From positions 1 through 60,209 of the forward strand of contig PLCF01000063.1 of NCBI GenBank assembly GCA_003135555.1: DNA of 60,209 bases, in the 5' to 3' direction. The translations under genes and the position numbers were made by a program. This stretch comes from Vulcanimicrobiota bacterium. GTDB lineage: Bacteria; Vulcanimicrobiota; Vulcanimicrobiia; Vulcanimicrobiales; Vulcanimicrobiaceae. Of the stretch, positions 27,915 to 37,416 are shown one piece after another (positions within the stretch are counted from its first letter, which is position 1; each line of letters begins with the position of its first letter). The notes below the pieces were generated by a model. That model searched no databases. It saw only the letters and a list, made by a program, of their open reading frames with translations, and had not been told where the DNA came from.

Positions 27915-29000
27915 CTAGTGCGAAGGGCTCGGGGCGGGGCTCGGGGCCGGTGCCGATGACGGGTAAAGCTGGTCGAGCGCCGGGTCCATCGCGCGCTCCG
28001 AAACGCCGGTGACGGCCGCGCCGAAGTTGTACATGAACGCCTGACCCATGTCGGCCTCGGCGGCTCCGTGTCCCGTCACACTGCCGGTGCAGTTCAACTG
28101 GGTGAGATGCAACGAGGCGTGCGAGCGGCCGGACACCGACGACTGCTCGATGCGGATGTTCGGCACGATGATCGCCTGCGCGGCGCTTGCCGTGCAGAGC
28201 TCCGCGGCGCGGGAGACCGCGGTGAGATGATCGATCGGCGTTCCGAGTTTGACGTCGGGCTTGCGCGCCTGCAAGTGGGTGAGCAGCGAATGCGACATGT
28301 CGGGGGCGTGCGGGTCACCGATCGTCGGCTGCTCGAAGGGTAGGAGCAAAAATGTCGTTGGCGGCGCGGCGGCCGCCGCAACCAAGGGCGCTGCAGCGGC
28401 TGGTGTAGCCGCCCCTTGCGGAACGGTAGCGGCAGCGCGTGCTTTGACGGCAGCGTCGATCGCGCTGCGGAAAGCGCCGTCGACGGCCGAGCCCAGGTTT
28501 CCGACGGAGAACGCGCCGGTTCGCGCTTCATCTCCCATGGTCGTCGTGGTCCAGCGGATGTTGCCGTCGCAACCGATCTCGTCGAGCCGGAACTCGGCGT
28601 GCGTCGGATACCGCTCGATCATGAGCCACAGTCCGATCGGAAAGATTTTCTTGGTTTGCTCGTAGCGCCCCTCAGGGATGAGTATCCCCGACGCACCGTT
28701 GTCGGCGCAGACCTTCGCGGCGTTTGCTACCGCGTCCAGGTGATCGACTGCGGCGACGCCCTTGACGTTCACGCCGGCAGCGGGAAGATCGGCCAACAGC
28801 TTCTCCGAGATTGCCAACGCGTGCGGATCGGTACTGCCCGGCTCCTCATACGGCACCAGAACCAGCGGTATCGCCGGCGCCAGTTGAGCTGGGGGCGATG
28901 CCGCCGGCGTAGCCGGGGCGGTCGGGGTCTGCGCCAGAGCGGGCGCGATGCCAACGGCCAGCGCAACAGCGCAGGCGGCGATCAATGACTTCTTCTTCAC
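27915..29000 (-). CDS. Secreted hypothetical protein with two internally homologous domains
   Basis: Signal peptide VKKKSLIAAC...ALAQ; repeats LVPYEEP..DPHA...DHLDAV..A..C and LLPFEQP..DPHA...DHLTAV..A..C. Confidence 0.75.
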   Translation of the reverse strand: MKKKSLIAACAVALAVGIAPALAQTPTAPATPAASPPAQLAPAIPLVLVPYEEPGSTDPHALAISEKLLADLPAAGVNVKGVAAVDHLDAVANAAKVCADNGASGILIPEGRYEQTKKIFPIGLWLMIERYPTHAEFRLDEIGCDGNIRWTTTTMGDEARTGAFSVGNLGSAVDGAFRSAIDAAVKARAAATVPQGAATPAAAAPLVAAAAAPPTTFLLLPFEQPTIGDPHAPDMSHSLLTHLQARKPDVKLGTPIDHLTAVSRAAELCTASAAQAIIVPNIRIEQSSVSGRSHASLHLTQLNCTGSVTGHGAAEADMGQAFMYNFGAAVTGVSERAMDPALDQLYPSSAPAPSPAPSPSH

Positions 29001-29041
29001 GTTCGTTTTTCCGATCATCGTTAGCGTAGACAAGCGGCCTC

Positions 29042-29067
29042 GCGGCAGCGCTAAGGAACGCTGCCGC
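29042..29067. other. Perfect 9-bp inverted repeat (hairpin/terminator or operator)
   Basis: GCGGCAGCG-CTAAGGAA-CGCTGCCGC between the LytTR stop and the next gene. Confidence 0.4.
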
Positions 29068-29124
29068 AAACGGGTGCCACGGTCATCGTTCGCGACGACC
29101 GTCGAGAGTCATCGCCCCAAAGGG

Positions 29125-29847
29125 CTACAAACCCAACGCTTTACGCACCGCGGGCAGGAAATTGCGCGATACCGGAACTTCGCTGCGCGCTTTGTCGTCC
29201 ACGCGCAACAAGTACGAGCCGCCGAAGAACGGCTCGACCTCGACCACGCGCTCGGGGTTGACGAGGTAAGCGCGATGGCAGCGGATCAAGCCGGCGGGCT
29301 CCAGGCGGGCGGCGCAGTCGGCGAGCGAGCCCTTCCAACGCAAATCGCCTTCGAACACGCGCGCCGTCACCAAATGACCGTTCGCTTGCACGTAGCGAAT
29401 CTCGGCGATCTTGACGAGCCGCGTCCGCTCGCCGTCTTCGAGCGCGACGCGCGCCGCGCGGTTTTCGTTCGGTGCGACCGCGGCTTCGCCGCGCAGCCCG
29501 CGCACGCGCTCAACGGAACGCGCCAGCCGCGCTTCGGAGACGGGCTTGACCAGATAGTCCAGCGCTGCGAGCTCGAACGCATCGAGCGCGCGCGACTCGT
29601 CGGCGGTGACGAACACGACGTGCGGCGGGTTGGCGAGCGCCGCGATCACCTTGGTCGCCTCCAGCCCGCTCAACCCGGGCAGGCTGATGTCGAGGAACAC
29701 GACGTCGTAGGGCCGCCGTGCAAGCTCGGCCAACGCTTCGACCGCATCGCCGGCCTCCGCAATCTCAACCTCGGGCGCGACGCGTTCGAGCGCGTAGACC
29801 AGCTCGCTGCGCACCAACGGCTCGTCATCGACGATCAGTGCCCTCAT
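29125..29847 (-). CDS. LytTR-family response regulator
   Basis: [48 protein letters not shown]. Confidence 0.93.
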   Translation of the reverse strand: MRALIVDDEPLVRSELVYALERVAPEVEIAEAGDAVEALAELARRPYDVVFLDISLPGLSGLEATKVIAALANPPHVVFVTADESRALDAFELAALDYLVKPVSEARLARSVERVRGLRGEAAVAPNENRAARVALEDGERTRLVKIAEIRYVQANGHLVTARVFEGDLRWKGSLADCAARLEPAGLIRCHRAYLVNPERVVEVEPFFGGSYLLRVDDKARSEVPVSRNFLPAVRKALGL

Positions 29848-30914
29848 CGCGCCGCGATCGGAATGCGCGAGGGGACGTAGAACGCAACGCGGGTTCCCGC
29901 GCCCGAGCTGCTGATCACGCGTAGCTCGCTCTGCGCGCCGAAGAGCTTCATGAGACGCTGGTTCACGTTGTCGAGCCCGATCCCCAAACCTTGCGGCGTC
30001 ACGGTCGTTGCGTCGAAGCCGACGCCGTCGTCGTGCACGCTCAGCTCGATCCCCTCGCCCTCCGGGCGCGCTTCGATCCGCACCGTTCCCGCGCCGCTGC
30101 GCGGACCCAGCCCATGGACGATCGCGTTTTCGACCAGCGGCTGCACCGAAAGCACCGGCACGAGCGCCAAGCGTGCGCGCGGGTCGATTGTGAGCGCGAC
30201 GCGCAGGCGCTCGCCGAAGCGGGCGTGCTCGAAGCGCAAATACTGCTCGACGTGTTCGAGCTCTTCGTCGAGCGTGACGAACTCCGTATGGCGCGCTAGC
30301 GAGTCGCGGAAGTACTCGGCGAAATCGACCAACAGGTCGTGCGCGCGCCGGGCGTCGGTGCGGGTCAGCGCGGCGATGGTGGTGAGCGTGTTGAACAGGA
30401 AGTGCGGCGAGATGCGCGCGCGCAGCGCGTCGAGCTCGGCCTGGGTAACCAGCTCGCTGCGCGCGTCGAGCTCGGCCGCCTCGAGCGAGACCGAGAGCAC
30501 GCGCGCCAAGCCGATCGCGATCTTCACGTCGTCGTCGCGCAACGGCGTTCCGGCGCGGTAGAGCTTGAGCGCGCCCACGGCCTGACCGCGCACGACGAAG
30601 GGGGCGATGATGACCGCGGTCAGCGGGCAGTCCGCCACCGGGCACTCGATCTCTTCGCGGCGGCGCGCCGAGTACGGTTCGCCCGTCGCGATCGCACGGT
30701 GGGTCAGTCCGGTGAGGGCCGGCCCGCCGACGTGATGGTGGTCCTCACCCCGGCCGACGTACGCGAGCACCAGCTCGCGGTCGACGACGGCGCACGCATC
30801 CAGCCCCAGGTTCTCGTAGAGCAACTGGGCCGTAAATGCCGCCGACTCGCGGCGCAGCCCGCCGCGTAGGTGCGGGATCGCCTGCACGAGCAGGTCGAGA
30901 ACGTTCGCGCTCAC
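29844..30914 (-). CDS. LytS/YehU-family histidine kinase with GAF-like domain, no TM helices
   Basis: [44 protein letters not shown]. Confidence 0.9.
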   Translation of the reverse strand: MSANVLDLLVQAIPHLRGGLRRESAAFTAQLLYENLGLDACAVVDRELVLAYVGRGEDHHHVGGPALTGLTHRAIATGEPYSARRREEIECPVADCPLTAVIIAPFVVRGQAVGALKLYRAGTPLRDDDVKIAIGLARVLSVSLEAAELDARSELVTQAELDALRARISPHFLFNTLTTIAALTRTDARRAHDLLVDFAEYFRDSLARHTEFVTLDEELEHVEQYLRFEHARFGERLRVALTIDPRARLALVPVLSVQPLVENAIVHGLGPRSGAGTVRIEARPEGEGIELSVHDDGVGFDATTVTPQGLGIGLDNVNQRLMKLFGAQSELRVISSSGAGTRVAFYVPSRIPIAAR

Positions 30915-30949
30915 CTCGCCCCCTTTCGGCGTCCGCGCGCGAAAACGTG

Positions 30950-30980
30950 CGTTTCGTGCGCCGCCCGCGACCTTTCGCGC
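30950..30980 (+). promoter_or_regulatory. Candidate LytTR binding site upstream of aceA
   Basis: Imperfect direct repeat CGTTTCGTGC (30950) / CCTTTCGCGC (30971) with 21-bp periodicity, typical of LytTR sites. Confidence 0.45.
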
Positions 30981-31071
30981 AGCATCGGTGGCAAAGCTGC
31001 CGCCGGCAGGCTACGGTCAGAGCACGGTCCCCGTGCGGCACCGCCCTGCATTCCAACCTGAGGAGACGAAC

Positions 31072-32370
31072 GTGATCGACCCCCGCTTCATCACGCCCAA
31101 TGGCCACAGCCACAACGGGAACGGAAACGGGCACGGTCACGCGGCGCAGCGCCCGTACACCGATGCGGACGTCGCGAAGCTGCGGGGTTCCCTGCCGATC
31201 GAGTACACGTTGGCACGCCGTGGCGCGAAACGGCTGCGCGAGATGCTCGCCGGCGACGAGCCGGTCACCGCGCTGGGCTGCCTGACCGGCGGCCAGGCGG
31301 TGCAAGCCGTGAAGGCCGGGCTCAACGCGATCTACCTGTCGGGCTGGCAGGTCGCGGCCGATGCGAACACCTCGGGGCATACCTATCCCGACCAGTCGCT
31401 CTATCCGTACGATTCGGTACCCAAGGTGGTCGAACGCATCAATCGCGCCCTGCAGCGCGCCGATCAGATCGATACCGTCGAGGGGCGCTCGGGCGAGCGT
31501 GACTGGTTCGTGCCGATCGTGGCCGATGCCGAAGCGGGATTCGGCGGCCCGCTCAACTGCTTCGAGCTGATGAAGGCGATGATCGCCGCCGGCGCCGCGG
31601 CGGTGCATTTCGAAGATCAGCTCGCGTCCGAAAAGAAGTGCGGCCACCTGGGCGGCAAGGTCCTCATCCCGACGCAGCAAGCGGTGCGCAACCTCATCGC
31701 CGCGCGTCTCGCCGCCGACGTCTGCGGCGTGCCGACCGTGCTGGTCGCGCGCACCGATGCCGACGCGGCGACGCTGCTCCAAAGTGACATCGACGAGCGC
31801 GACCGGCGATTCGTCACCGGCGAACGCACGCCCGAGGGCTTCTTCCGCATCACTGCGGGCATCGACCATGCCATCGCCCGCGCCTTGGCCTATGCTCCGT
31901 ACGCGGATATGATCTGGTGCGAGACGTCCACCCCGGACCTCGCGGCGGCCGAAGAGTTCGCCCAGGCGGTTCACGCGAAGTTCCCCGGCAAGCTGCTGGC
32001 GTACAACTGCTCGCCGTCGTTCAACTGGAAGCGCAAGCTCGACGAGGCGACCATCGAACGGTTCCGCGCCGAGCTGTTCCGGATGGGCTACCGGTTCCAG
32101 TTCATCACGCTGGCCGGCTGGCACGCGCTCAACCACTCGATGTTCGAGCTGTCGCACGACTACGTGCAACGCGGCATGTCGGCCTACGCCGACTTCCAAG
32201 CGCGCGAGTTTGCCAGCGAGCCTAACGGGTATACTGCGACGCGGCACCAGCGCGAAGCGGCCACCGGCTACTTTGACGAGGTCGCCAAGGTGATCGGCGG
32301 CGGGTTCTCGTCGACCGTGGCGCTCGAGGGCTCGACCGAGCAGGAGCAGTTCGAAACGGTTCCGGCATGA
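31072..32370 (+). CDS. aceA: Isocitrate lyase
   Basis: [63 protein letters not shown]. Confidence 0.96.
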   Translation: MIDPRFITPNGHSHNGNGNGHGHAAQRPYTDADVAKLRGSLPIEYTLARRGAKRLREMLAGDEPVTALGCLTGGQAVQAVKAGLNAIYLSGWQVAADANTSGHTYPDQSLYPYDSVPKVVERINRALQRADQIDTVEGRSGERDWFVPIVADAEAGFGGPLNCFELMKAMIAAGAAAVHFEDQLASEKKCGHLGGKVLIPTQQAVRNLIAARLAADVCGVPTVLVARTDADAATLLQSDIDERDRRFVTGERTPEGFFRITAGIDHAIARALAYAPYADMIWCETSTPDLAAAEEFAQAVHAKFPGKLLAYNCSPSFNWKRKLDEATIERFRAELFRMGYRFQFITLAGWHALNHSMFELSHDYVQRGMSAYADFQAREFASEPNGYTATRHQREAATGYFDEVAKVIGGGFSSTVALEGSTEQEQFETVPA

Positions 32371-32396
32371 TCGACGTCCGCGAACGGGAGGAAACG

Positions 32397-33923
32397 ATGC
32401 TGACGCTGACCACCCACATCCCGCCTATGAACGCCGCGCCGGCCGGCTTCGCGATCGAACGCGATCTGCCGGCCGGATTCGCCGCTTTCTACCGTCCGCT
32501 GCACGACGCGTTCGCGCCGCGCCAGCGTATGGCGATCGCGGCACGCCGGCGCGCGCTCGAAGCGTCGCTCGCCGGCGACGGTCCGGCCTATCCGGCGCCG
32601 GGCGCGGCACAGGGCGATTGGCGCGTCACCATCCCCGAATGGTGCGCCGACCAGCGCAACCAGATGACTGGACCGGCCGACGATCACGAGCTTGTCGTGA
32701 AGCTGCTCAATTCGGGCTCGCCGGCGGTGATGATCGACCTGGAAGACTCGATGGCGAACACCTTCGATCGCGTTCTGGTCGGGATCGACAACACGGTCAA
32801 GGCGTACTACGGCGAGCTCACCTACGTCGACGCCAAGCGCGGCGGGGCGACGATCGCGACCAAGCCGTCGACGACGGTGCTGTGGACGCGGGTGCGCGGG
32901 CTGCACCTTTCGCAGGCCGGAATCTACGCCGAGCCGACCCCGGCGGCGCTGTTCGATCTGGCGCTGCTGGCCTACCGGCTCGACTTCGCGCGCCTCAAGC
33001 ACCCGCTCGCGATCTACATCCCCAAATCGGAGTCGGCCGACGAAGCGCTGTGGTGGCGCGACGTGTTCGGGGCCGTCGCGCGCGCGAAAGGCGAGGACCC
33101 ACGCGCGATCAAGGCCATGGCGCTGGTCGAAGCGTTCCCGTTCGCCTACGAGATCGAGGAGTTCGCCTACCACCTGCGCGACCATCTGCTCGGTCTCAAC
33201 TTGGGACGCTGGGACTACATGGCGTCGCTGATCCACTTCAACCTCAACGACCCCACTTGGGTGCTGCCGGATCGCAATACGATCCCGCACGACGTCGCGT
33301 TCTTCCAAAACCTGCGCGAGCGCATCCCCGAGGTTTGCCATCGTCACGGCCTGCTCGCCGTCGGCGGGATGACGGCGCTGTTCCCCGACCGTTCGAATCC
33401 CGAGCTCAACGCGCGCGCGCTGGCCGCGCTCGAAGTCGACAAACGCAACGAGGCGACGGCGCTCTTCGACGGCGCCTGGACGGGGCATCCCGATCAGAAC
33501 GCCATCGCGGTCGCGCAGTTCCCCGCGCCCAATCAAGGCTTCGCGCGCAAGGCCGGCGCCGACCCGACGCCCGATCTTCTGCCGCCCATCTCCGGCATCG
33601 GAACCCGCAGCGAGGCCGGGACGCGCGCCGCGGTGCGCACCGTGATCCGCTATCGCCACGGCTATCTGAGCGGGTTGGGCGCATCGCTGCTCGACGGCTA
33701 CATGGAGGATCTTGCGACCGACCGCATCTACCGGCTCATGATCGCGCAGCGCATCCGCCACGGCGTCCACACGCGCGCCGAGGTCGAGTGCCTCTTCGAC
33801 GAAGAGCTCGCGCGGCTGCTCGCCGAACCCGCCGCCGGCGACCCGGCCGAGGCGGAGATGTTCCGCGAAGCACGCCGGCAGAGCGCGACGATGATCCACG
33901 AGGGCCTCCACGACCCGATCTGA
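32397..33923 (+). CDS. aceB: Malate synthase (divergent)
   Basis: MIDLEDS, YIPKSESADEA, GLNLGRWDYMAS, GGMTA, DKRNEA..FDGAWTGHP, MEDLAT; follows aceA. Confidence 0.85.
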   Translation: MLTLTTHIPPMNAAPAGFAIERDLPAGFAAFYRPLHDAFAPRQRMAIAARRRALEASLAGDGPAYPAPGAAQGDWRVTIPEWCADQRNQMTGPADDHELVVKLLNSGSPAVMIDLEDSMANTFDRVLVGIDNTVKAYYGELTYVDAKRGGATIATKPSTTVLWTRVRGLHLSQAGIYAEPTPAALFDLALLAYRLDFARLKHPLAIYIPKSESADEALWWRDVFGAVARAKGEDPRAIKAMALVEAFPFAYEIEEFAYHLRDHLLGLNLGRWDYMASLIHFNLNDPTWVLPDRNTIPHDVAFFQNLRERIPEVCHRHGLLAVGGMTALFPDRSNPELNARALAALEVDKRNEATALFDGAWTGHPDQNAIAVAQFPAPNQGFARKAGADPTPDLLPPISGIGTRSEAGTRAAVRTVIRYRHGYLSGLGASLLDGYMEDLATDRIYRLMIAQRIRHGVHTRAEVECLFDEELARLLAEPAAGDPAEAEMFREARRQSATMIHEGLHDPI

Positions 33924-33926
33924 GCG

Positions 33927-35129
33927 CTAGAGCCCACCAATAAAGCGGCCGGGATTGCACAGACCGAGCGGGTCGAACTTCGCCTTCATCGCGAGCATCA
34001 GTTCGAACGCGGGCGGCGGCGGGCCCCACGCGTCGACCAGGCTTCGCGCCGCGTCGGGGATGGCGTCGAAGACCACGTGCCCGCGACCGTGCGTTGCGCG
34101 CGCGACGGTCTCGCGGAGGTCGCGAACGGGCCGGTCCGGTTGCGCGGCGGCGTCGCCTTCGACCGTCGCGCTAAACGCGTGCAGCCCGACGCCGAGCATC
34201 GGATAAGCCACGGGGACGGCCATCGGCGCCGCGGCGACGCCCCCCACGGCGGTAACGACCGGTTCGGACGGCGGCGCGATGACGCGCAAGCGCCAGGGAC
34301 CGTCGCGGCGCACAGCGCGCTCGCGCTGCTCGTAGGCTTCGCGCTCGAGCTCGCTGAGCTCGGACGGCTCGGCGCCGCACGGTGACGCTATGTCGATCAA
34401 CGCGCGCATCTGCGCGTCGACGCCGGCGGCCGTTCCGCTGAACGTCACGACGAGCGTGCGGTAGTTGTACAACGCCACGGACTCGGGCTCGAGCCGCCGG
34501 GCGACGATTTCGCGCGCGACGTCGCCGATCGGTTCGACTGCGGTAAACTGCAACAGCACGGCACGCGTCGCCGCGGGGATGGGGTAGAGCCGGAACGTGA
34601 CCGTGGCGATCGCACCCAGCGTCCCCAGCGAGCCGACCATCAACTTGGGGAGATCGAAACCGGCGACGTTCTTGACCACCTTGCCGCCGCCGCGCGCGCG
34701 CACCCCGTCGGCGCGCACGATGCCGACGCCAACGATGAGATCCTTGGCGGTGCCGTAGCGCTGCCGCCGCCGGCCGTACGCGTTCACCGCGACGACGCCC
34801 CCGACGGTGGCGCGCGCGCGGTCGGCGACGTCGAGCGGGAGCATCTGGCCGTGCTCCGCGAGGATGCGGTCGAGCTCGGCGAACGTCATCCCGCCTTCGA
34901 CGGTGACCGTCTGATCCTCGGGCGTGTAGTCGACCACGGCATCGAGCGCCAGCGTCCGAATCACCGTGTCGAGCGCGCGCGGCGCGTTACCCAGCTCGAG
35001 GTGCGTCCCGCCGCCGACGAGCGCGAACGGCTTGCGCGCGGCGTGCAGCTCCCGCACCGTATCGGCGAGCTCGGGGACGGTCCGCGGCGTGGCGACGTCG
35101 CGCGGCGTTACGCCGGCGACGCTGATCAC
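33927..35129 (-). CDS. glcE: Glycolate oxidase FAD-binding subunit
   Basis: DYTPEDQTVTVEGG, GGKVVKNVAGFDLPKLMVGSLGTLG, KAKFDPLGLCNPGR. Confidence 0.88.
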   Translation of the reverse strand: MISVAGVTPRDVATPRTVPELADTVRELHAARKPFALVGGGTHLELGNAPRALDTVIRTLALDAVVDYTPEDQTVTVEGGMTFAELDRILAEHGQMLPLDVADRARATVGGVVAVNAYGRRRQRYGTAKDLIVGVGIVRADGVRARGGGKVVKNVAGFDLPKLMVGSLGTLGAIATVTFRLYPIPAATRAVLLQFTAVEPIGDVAREIVARRLEPESVALYNYRTLVVTFSGTAAGVDAQMRALIDIASPCGAEPSELSELEREAYEQRERAVRRDGPWRLRVIAPPSEPVVTAVGGVAAAPMAVPVAYPMLGVGLHAFSATVEGDAAAQPDRPVRDLRETVARATHGRGHVVFDAIPDAARSLVDAWGPPPPAFELMLAMKAKFDPLGLCNPGRFIGGL

Positions 35130-36616
35130 CCGCGTCCCGCTTCGCCGGACTCCGCCGGGTGGGGTGCATAGACGCCGGCCCGGTCGCCGCACAGCCGCGG
35201 CGTCGGAAACATCTTCTCGGGGTTGAAGCGCTGGTCGGGGTCGAACGCCGTGCGCACCCACTGCATCGTCTCGAGATCGTCGACGGAGAACTGCTCGCCC
35301 AAGTAGCACGCCTTGTCGTGGCCGACGCCGTGCTCGCCGGTGACCGAGCCGCCGTAGCGCAGACACACCCGCAGGATCTCGCCCGCGACGTGCTCGGCGG
35401 CCGCTTCTTGCCCCGGCACGCGCTCGTCGTAGAGCACCAGCGGGTGCAAGTTGCCGTCACCGGCGTGGAACACGTTGGCGATGCGCAAGCCCGCCTCCGC
35501 GCCCAGCGCCGCGATCTCGCGCAGCACCGGCGCGATTTGCTTGCGCGGGATCACGCCGTCCTGCACGTAGTAGTTGGGCGAGATGCGTCCCATCGCCGCG
35601 AAAGCTGACTTGCGCCCCTTCCACGCTAACAACCGTTCGGCTTCATCGCGCGGCGCGCGAATCTCGATCGCGCCCGCGGCGCTCAAATGGTCGTAGGCGC
35701 GATGGGCGGTCTCCTCGGCCTCGGCGTCGACGCCGTCGACGTCCATGAGCACCAGGGCGCCGACGTCGAGCGGCCAGTCGACGCCGGTCGCCGCAACGAT
35801 CGCTTCGATCGCCAACTTGTCGCACATCTCGATCGCCGCCGGAACGATCCCCGCGCCGATGATGCGCGAGACCGCATCGCCGGCCTCGTCGGTCGACGGA
35901 AACGTCGCGAACAGCGTCTGCGTGCGCTCCGCCGTACGCAGCACGCGCACCAGCACCTCGGTGACGATCCCGGTCATCCCCTCGCTGCCGACCACGACCC
36001 CGGCGAGGTCGTAACCCAGCACCTCGGGCTCCCCGGCCGTCGATCCGATCTGCACCGTCTCGCCCTCCGGCGTCACGAGCGTCAGCCCCAGCACGTGGTT
36101 CACCGTGAAGCCGTACTTGAGACAGTGCGCGCCGCCGGAGTTCTCGGCGACGTTACCGCCGATCGTGCAGACGCTCTGCGAGCTGGGGTCGGGCGCGTAG
36201 AAGTACCCGTCGGCTGCGAGCGCGCGCGAGATGTCGAGGTTGATGACGCCCGGCTGCACCCGCGCCGTACGGTTGGGCAGATCGATCGCCAGGATCTTGC
36301 GCATGCGTGAGAGCCCGATGACCACGCAACCCTCGCTCGGCAGCGCTCCGCCCGAGAGTCCGGTCCCGGCCCCGCGCGGCACGACGGACAAGCCCAGCTC
36401 GCGTGAAAGCTTGACGCACGCCGCGACCTCGGGTGTCGACGCAGGCAAAACCACGATCTCCGGACGCACGCGATAGCCCGGCAAACCGTCGCACTCGTAG
36501 GTGCGCAGCGCACTCGCGCCGACGATCGCGTTCTTCACCCCGACGATCGCCGCGAACTGCGCCTGCAGCACGGCGTCACTGAGCGCCGCTCGAACACCGG
36601 CCAGCGTCACGCTCAT
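35126..36616 (-). CDS. glcD: Glycolate oxidase subunit
   Basis: PRGAGTGLSGG, YAPDPSSQ, GGAHCLKYG, VFHAGDGNLHP, GEHGVG. Confidence 0.92.
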   Translation of the reverse strand: MSVTLAGVRAALSDAVLQAQFAAIVGVKNAIVGASALRTYECDGLPGYRVRPEIVVLPASTPEVAACVKLSRELGLSVVPRGAGTGLSGGALPSEGCVVIGLSRMRKILAIDLPNRTARVQPGVINLDISRALAADGYFYAPDPSSQSVCTIGGNVAENSGGAHCLKYGFTVNHVLGLTLVTPEGETVQIGSTAGEPEVLGYDLAGVVVGSEGMTGIVTEVLVRVLRTAERTQTLFATFPSTDEAGDAVSRIIGAGIVPAAIEMCDKLAIEAIVAATGVDWPLDVGALVLMDVDGVDAEAEETAHRAYDHLSAAGAIEIRAPRDEAERLLAWKGRKSAFAAMGRISPNYYVQDGVIPRKQIAPVLREIAALGAEAGLRIANVFHAGDGNLHPLVLYDERVPGQEAAAEHVAGEILRVCLRYGGSVTGEHGVGHDKACYLGEQFSVDDLETMQWVRTAFDPDQRFNPEKMFPTPRLCGDRAGVYAPHPAESGEAGRG

Positions 36617-37287
36617 GATGCGGCCGCGGCGGCTGCGCGGCGCAGCACGGCGGCCCGCGCGTTCGCGATGTGCGTGGCCGTACGCGCCGCGGCGGCGTCC
36701 TCGTCGTGGCCGCGGATCGCTTGCACGATCGCGTCGTACTCGACGATCGTCGCCCGGCGGCGGTCGACGTCCGACAGCGACAACAGACGGTACGCGATGA
36801 GCTCCTCGCGCAGATCGGTCAACATGCGCTTGAGCCGCTCGCCGCTGGCGCTAGCCAGGATGATGTCGTGGAAGGCGGTGTCGTGACGCTCCATCTCGCC
36901 GGCGTCGTCGATGCTTTCGCGCATGGCGGCGACGTGCTGCTCGAGCTTGCGCAGCTCGCCGTCGCGCATCGAACGCGCGGCGCGGCGCGCGGCCAGCGAT
37001 TCGAGCGCCTCGCGGATCTCGAAGACGCACTCGACCTCATCGGCTTTGACCTCGCGCACGACGCTGCCGCGCAGCCCGCGCGGCTCGAGCAGCCCCTCGG
37101 CTTCGAGCCGGCGCAAGGCCTCCCGTACCGGGGTGCGACTGGCGCCCAGCCGCCCGGCGATCTCGGCCTCGATCACGGGGGTACCCGGCGAGAGCTCGCC
37201 CGAGATGATCGCGGTCCGCAGGCGGTCGTGGATGCGGTCCCGCAGCGGCAGCCCGCGGCGCAGCGGCTGCAGCGACTTCGCGTGCAT
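36613..37287 (-). CDS. GntR-family (FCD) transcriptional regulator
   Basis: GELSPG...GASRTPVREALRRL wHTH; FCD domain; GGAGG RBS. Confidence 0.92.
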   Translation of the reverse strand: MHAKSLQPLRRGLPLRDRIHDRLRTAIISGELSPGTPVIEAEIAGRLGASRTPVREALRRLEAEGLLEPRGLRGSVVREVKADEVECVFEIREALESLAARRAARSMRDGELRKLEQHVAAMRESIDDAGEMERHDTAFHDIILASASGERLKRMLTDLREELIAYRLLSLSDVDRRRATIVEYDAIVQAIRGHDEDAAAARTATHIANARAAVLRRAAAAAAS

Positions 37288-37327
37288 GCCTCCACGGTAC
37301 GCCCGCACCGCGACGCCGTCAAGTTTC

Positions 37328-37342
37328 GGGATACCGTATCCC
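37328..37342. promoter_or_regulatory. Palindromic operator 1 (probably bound by the GntR)
   Basis: GGGATAC-C-GTATCCC, identical to 37381-37395. Confidence 0.8.
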
Positions 37343-37343
37343 A

Positions 37344-37373
37344 TTGACACGCCACCAACGGATCCGGTACACT
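37344..37373 (+). promoter_or_regulatory. Sigma70 promoter of the gcl operon
   Basis: TTGACA-N18-TACACT. Confidence 0.75.
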
Positions 37374-37380
37374 GGAATAC

Positions 37381-37395
37381 GGGATACCGTATCCC
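37381..37395. promoter_or_regulatory. Palindromic operator 2, near the predicted TSS
   Basis: GGGATACCGTATCCC. Confidence 0.8.
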
Positions 37396-37416
37396 GTAAT
37401 CCGTCGAGGAGACCCC

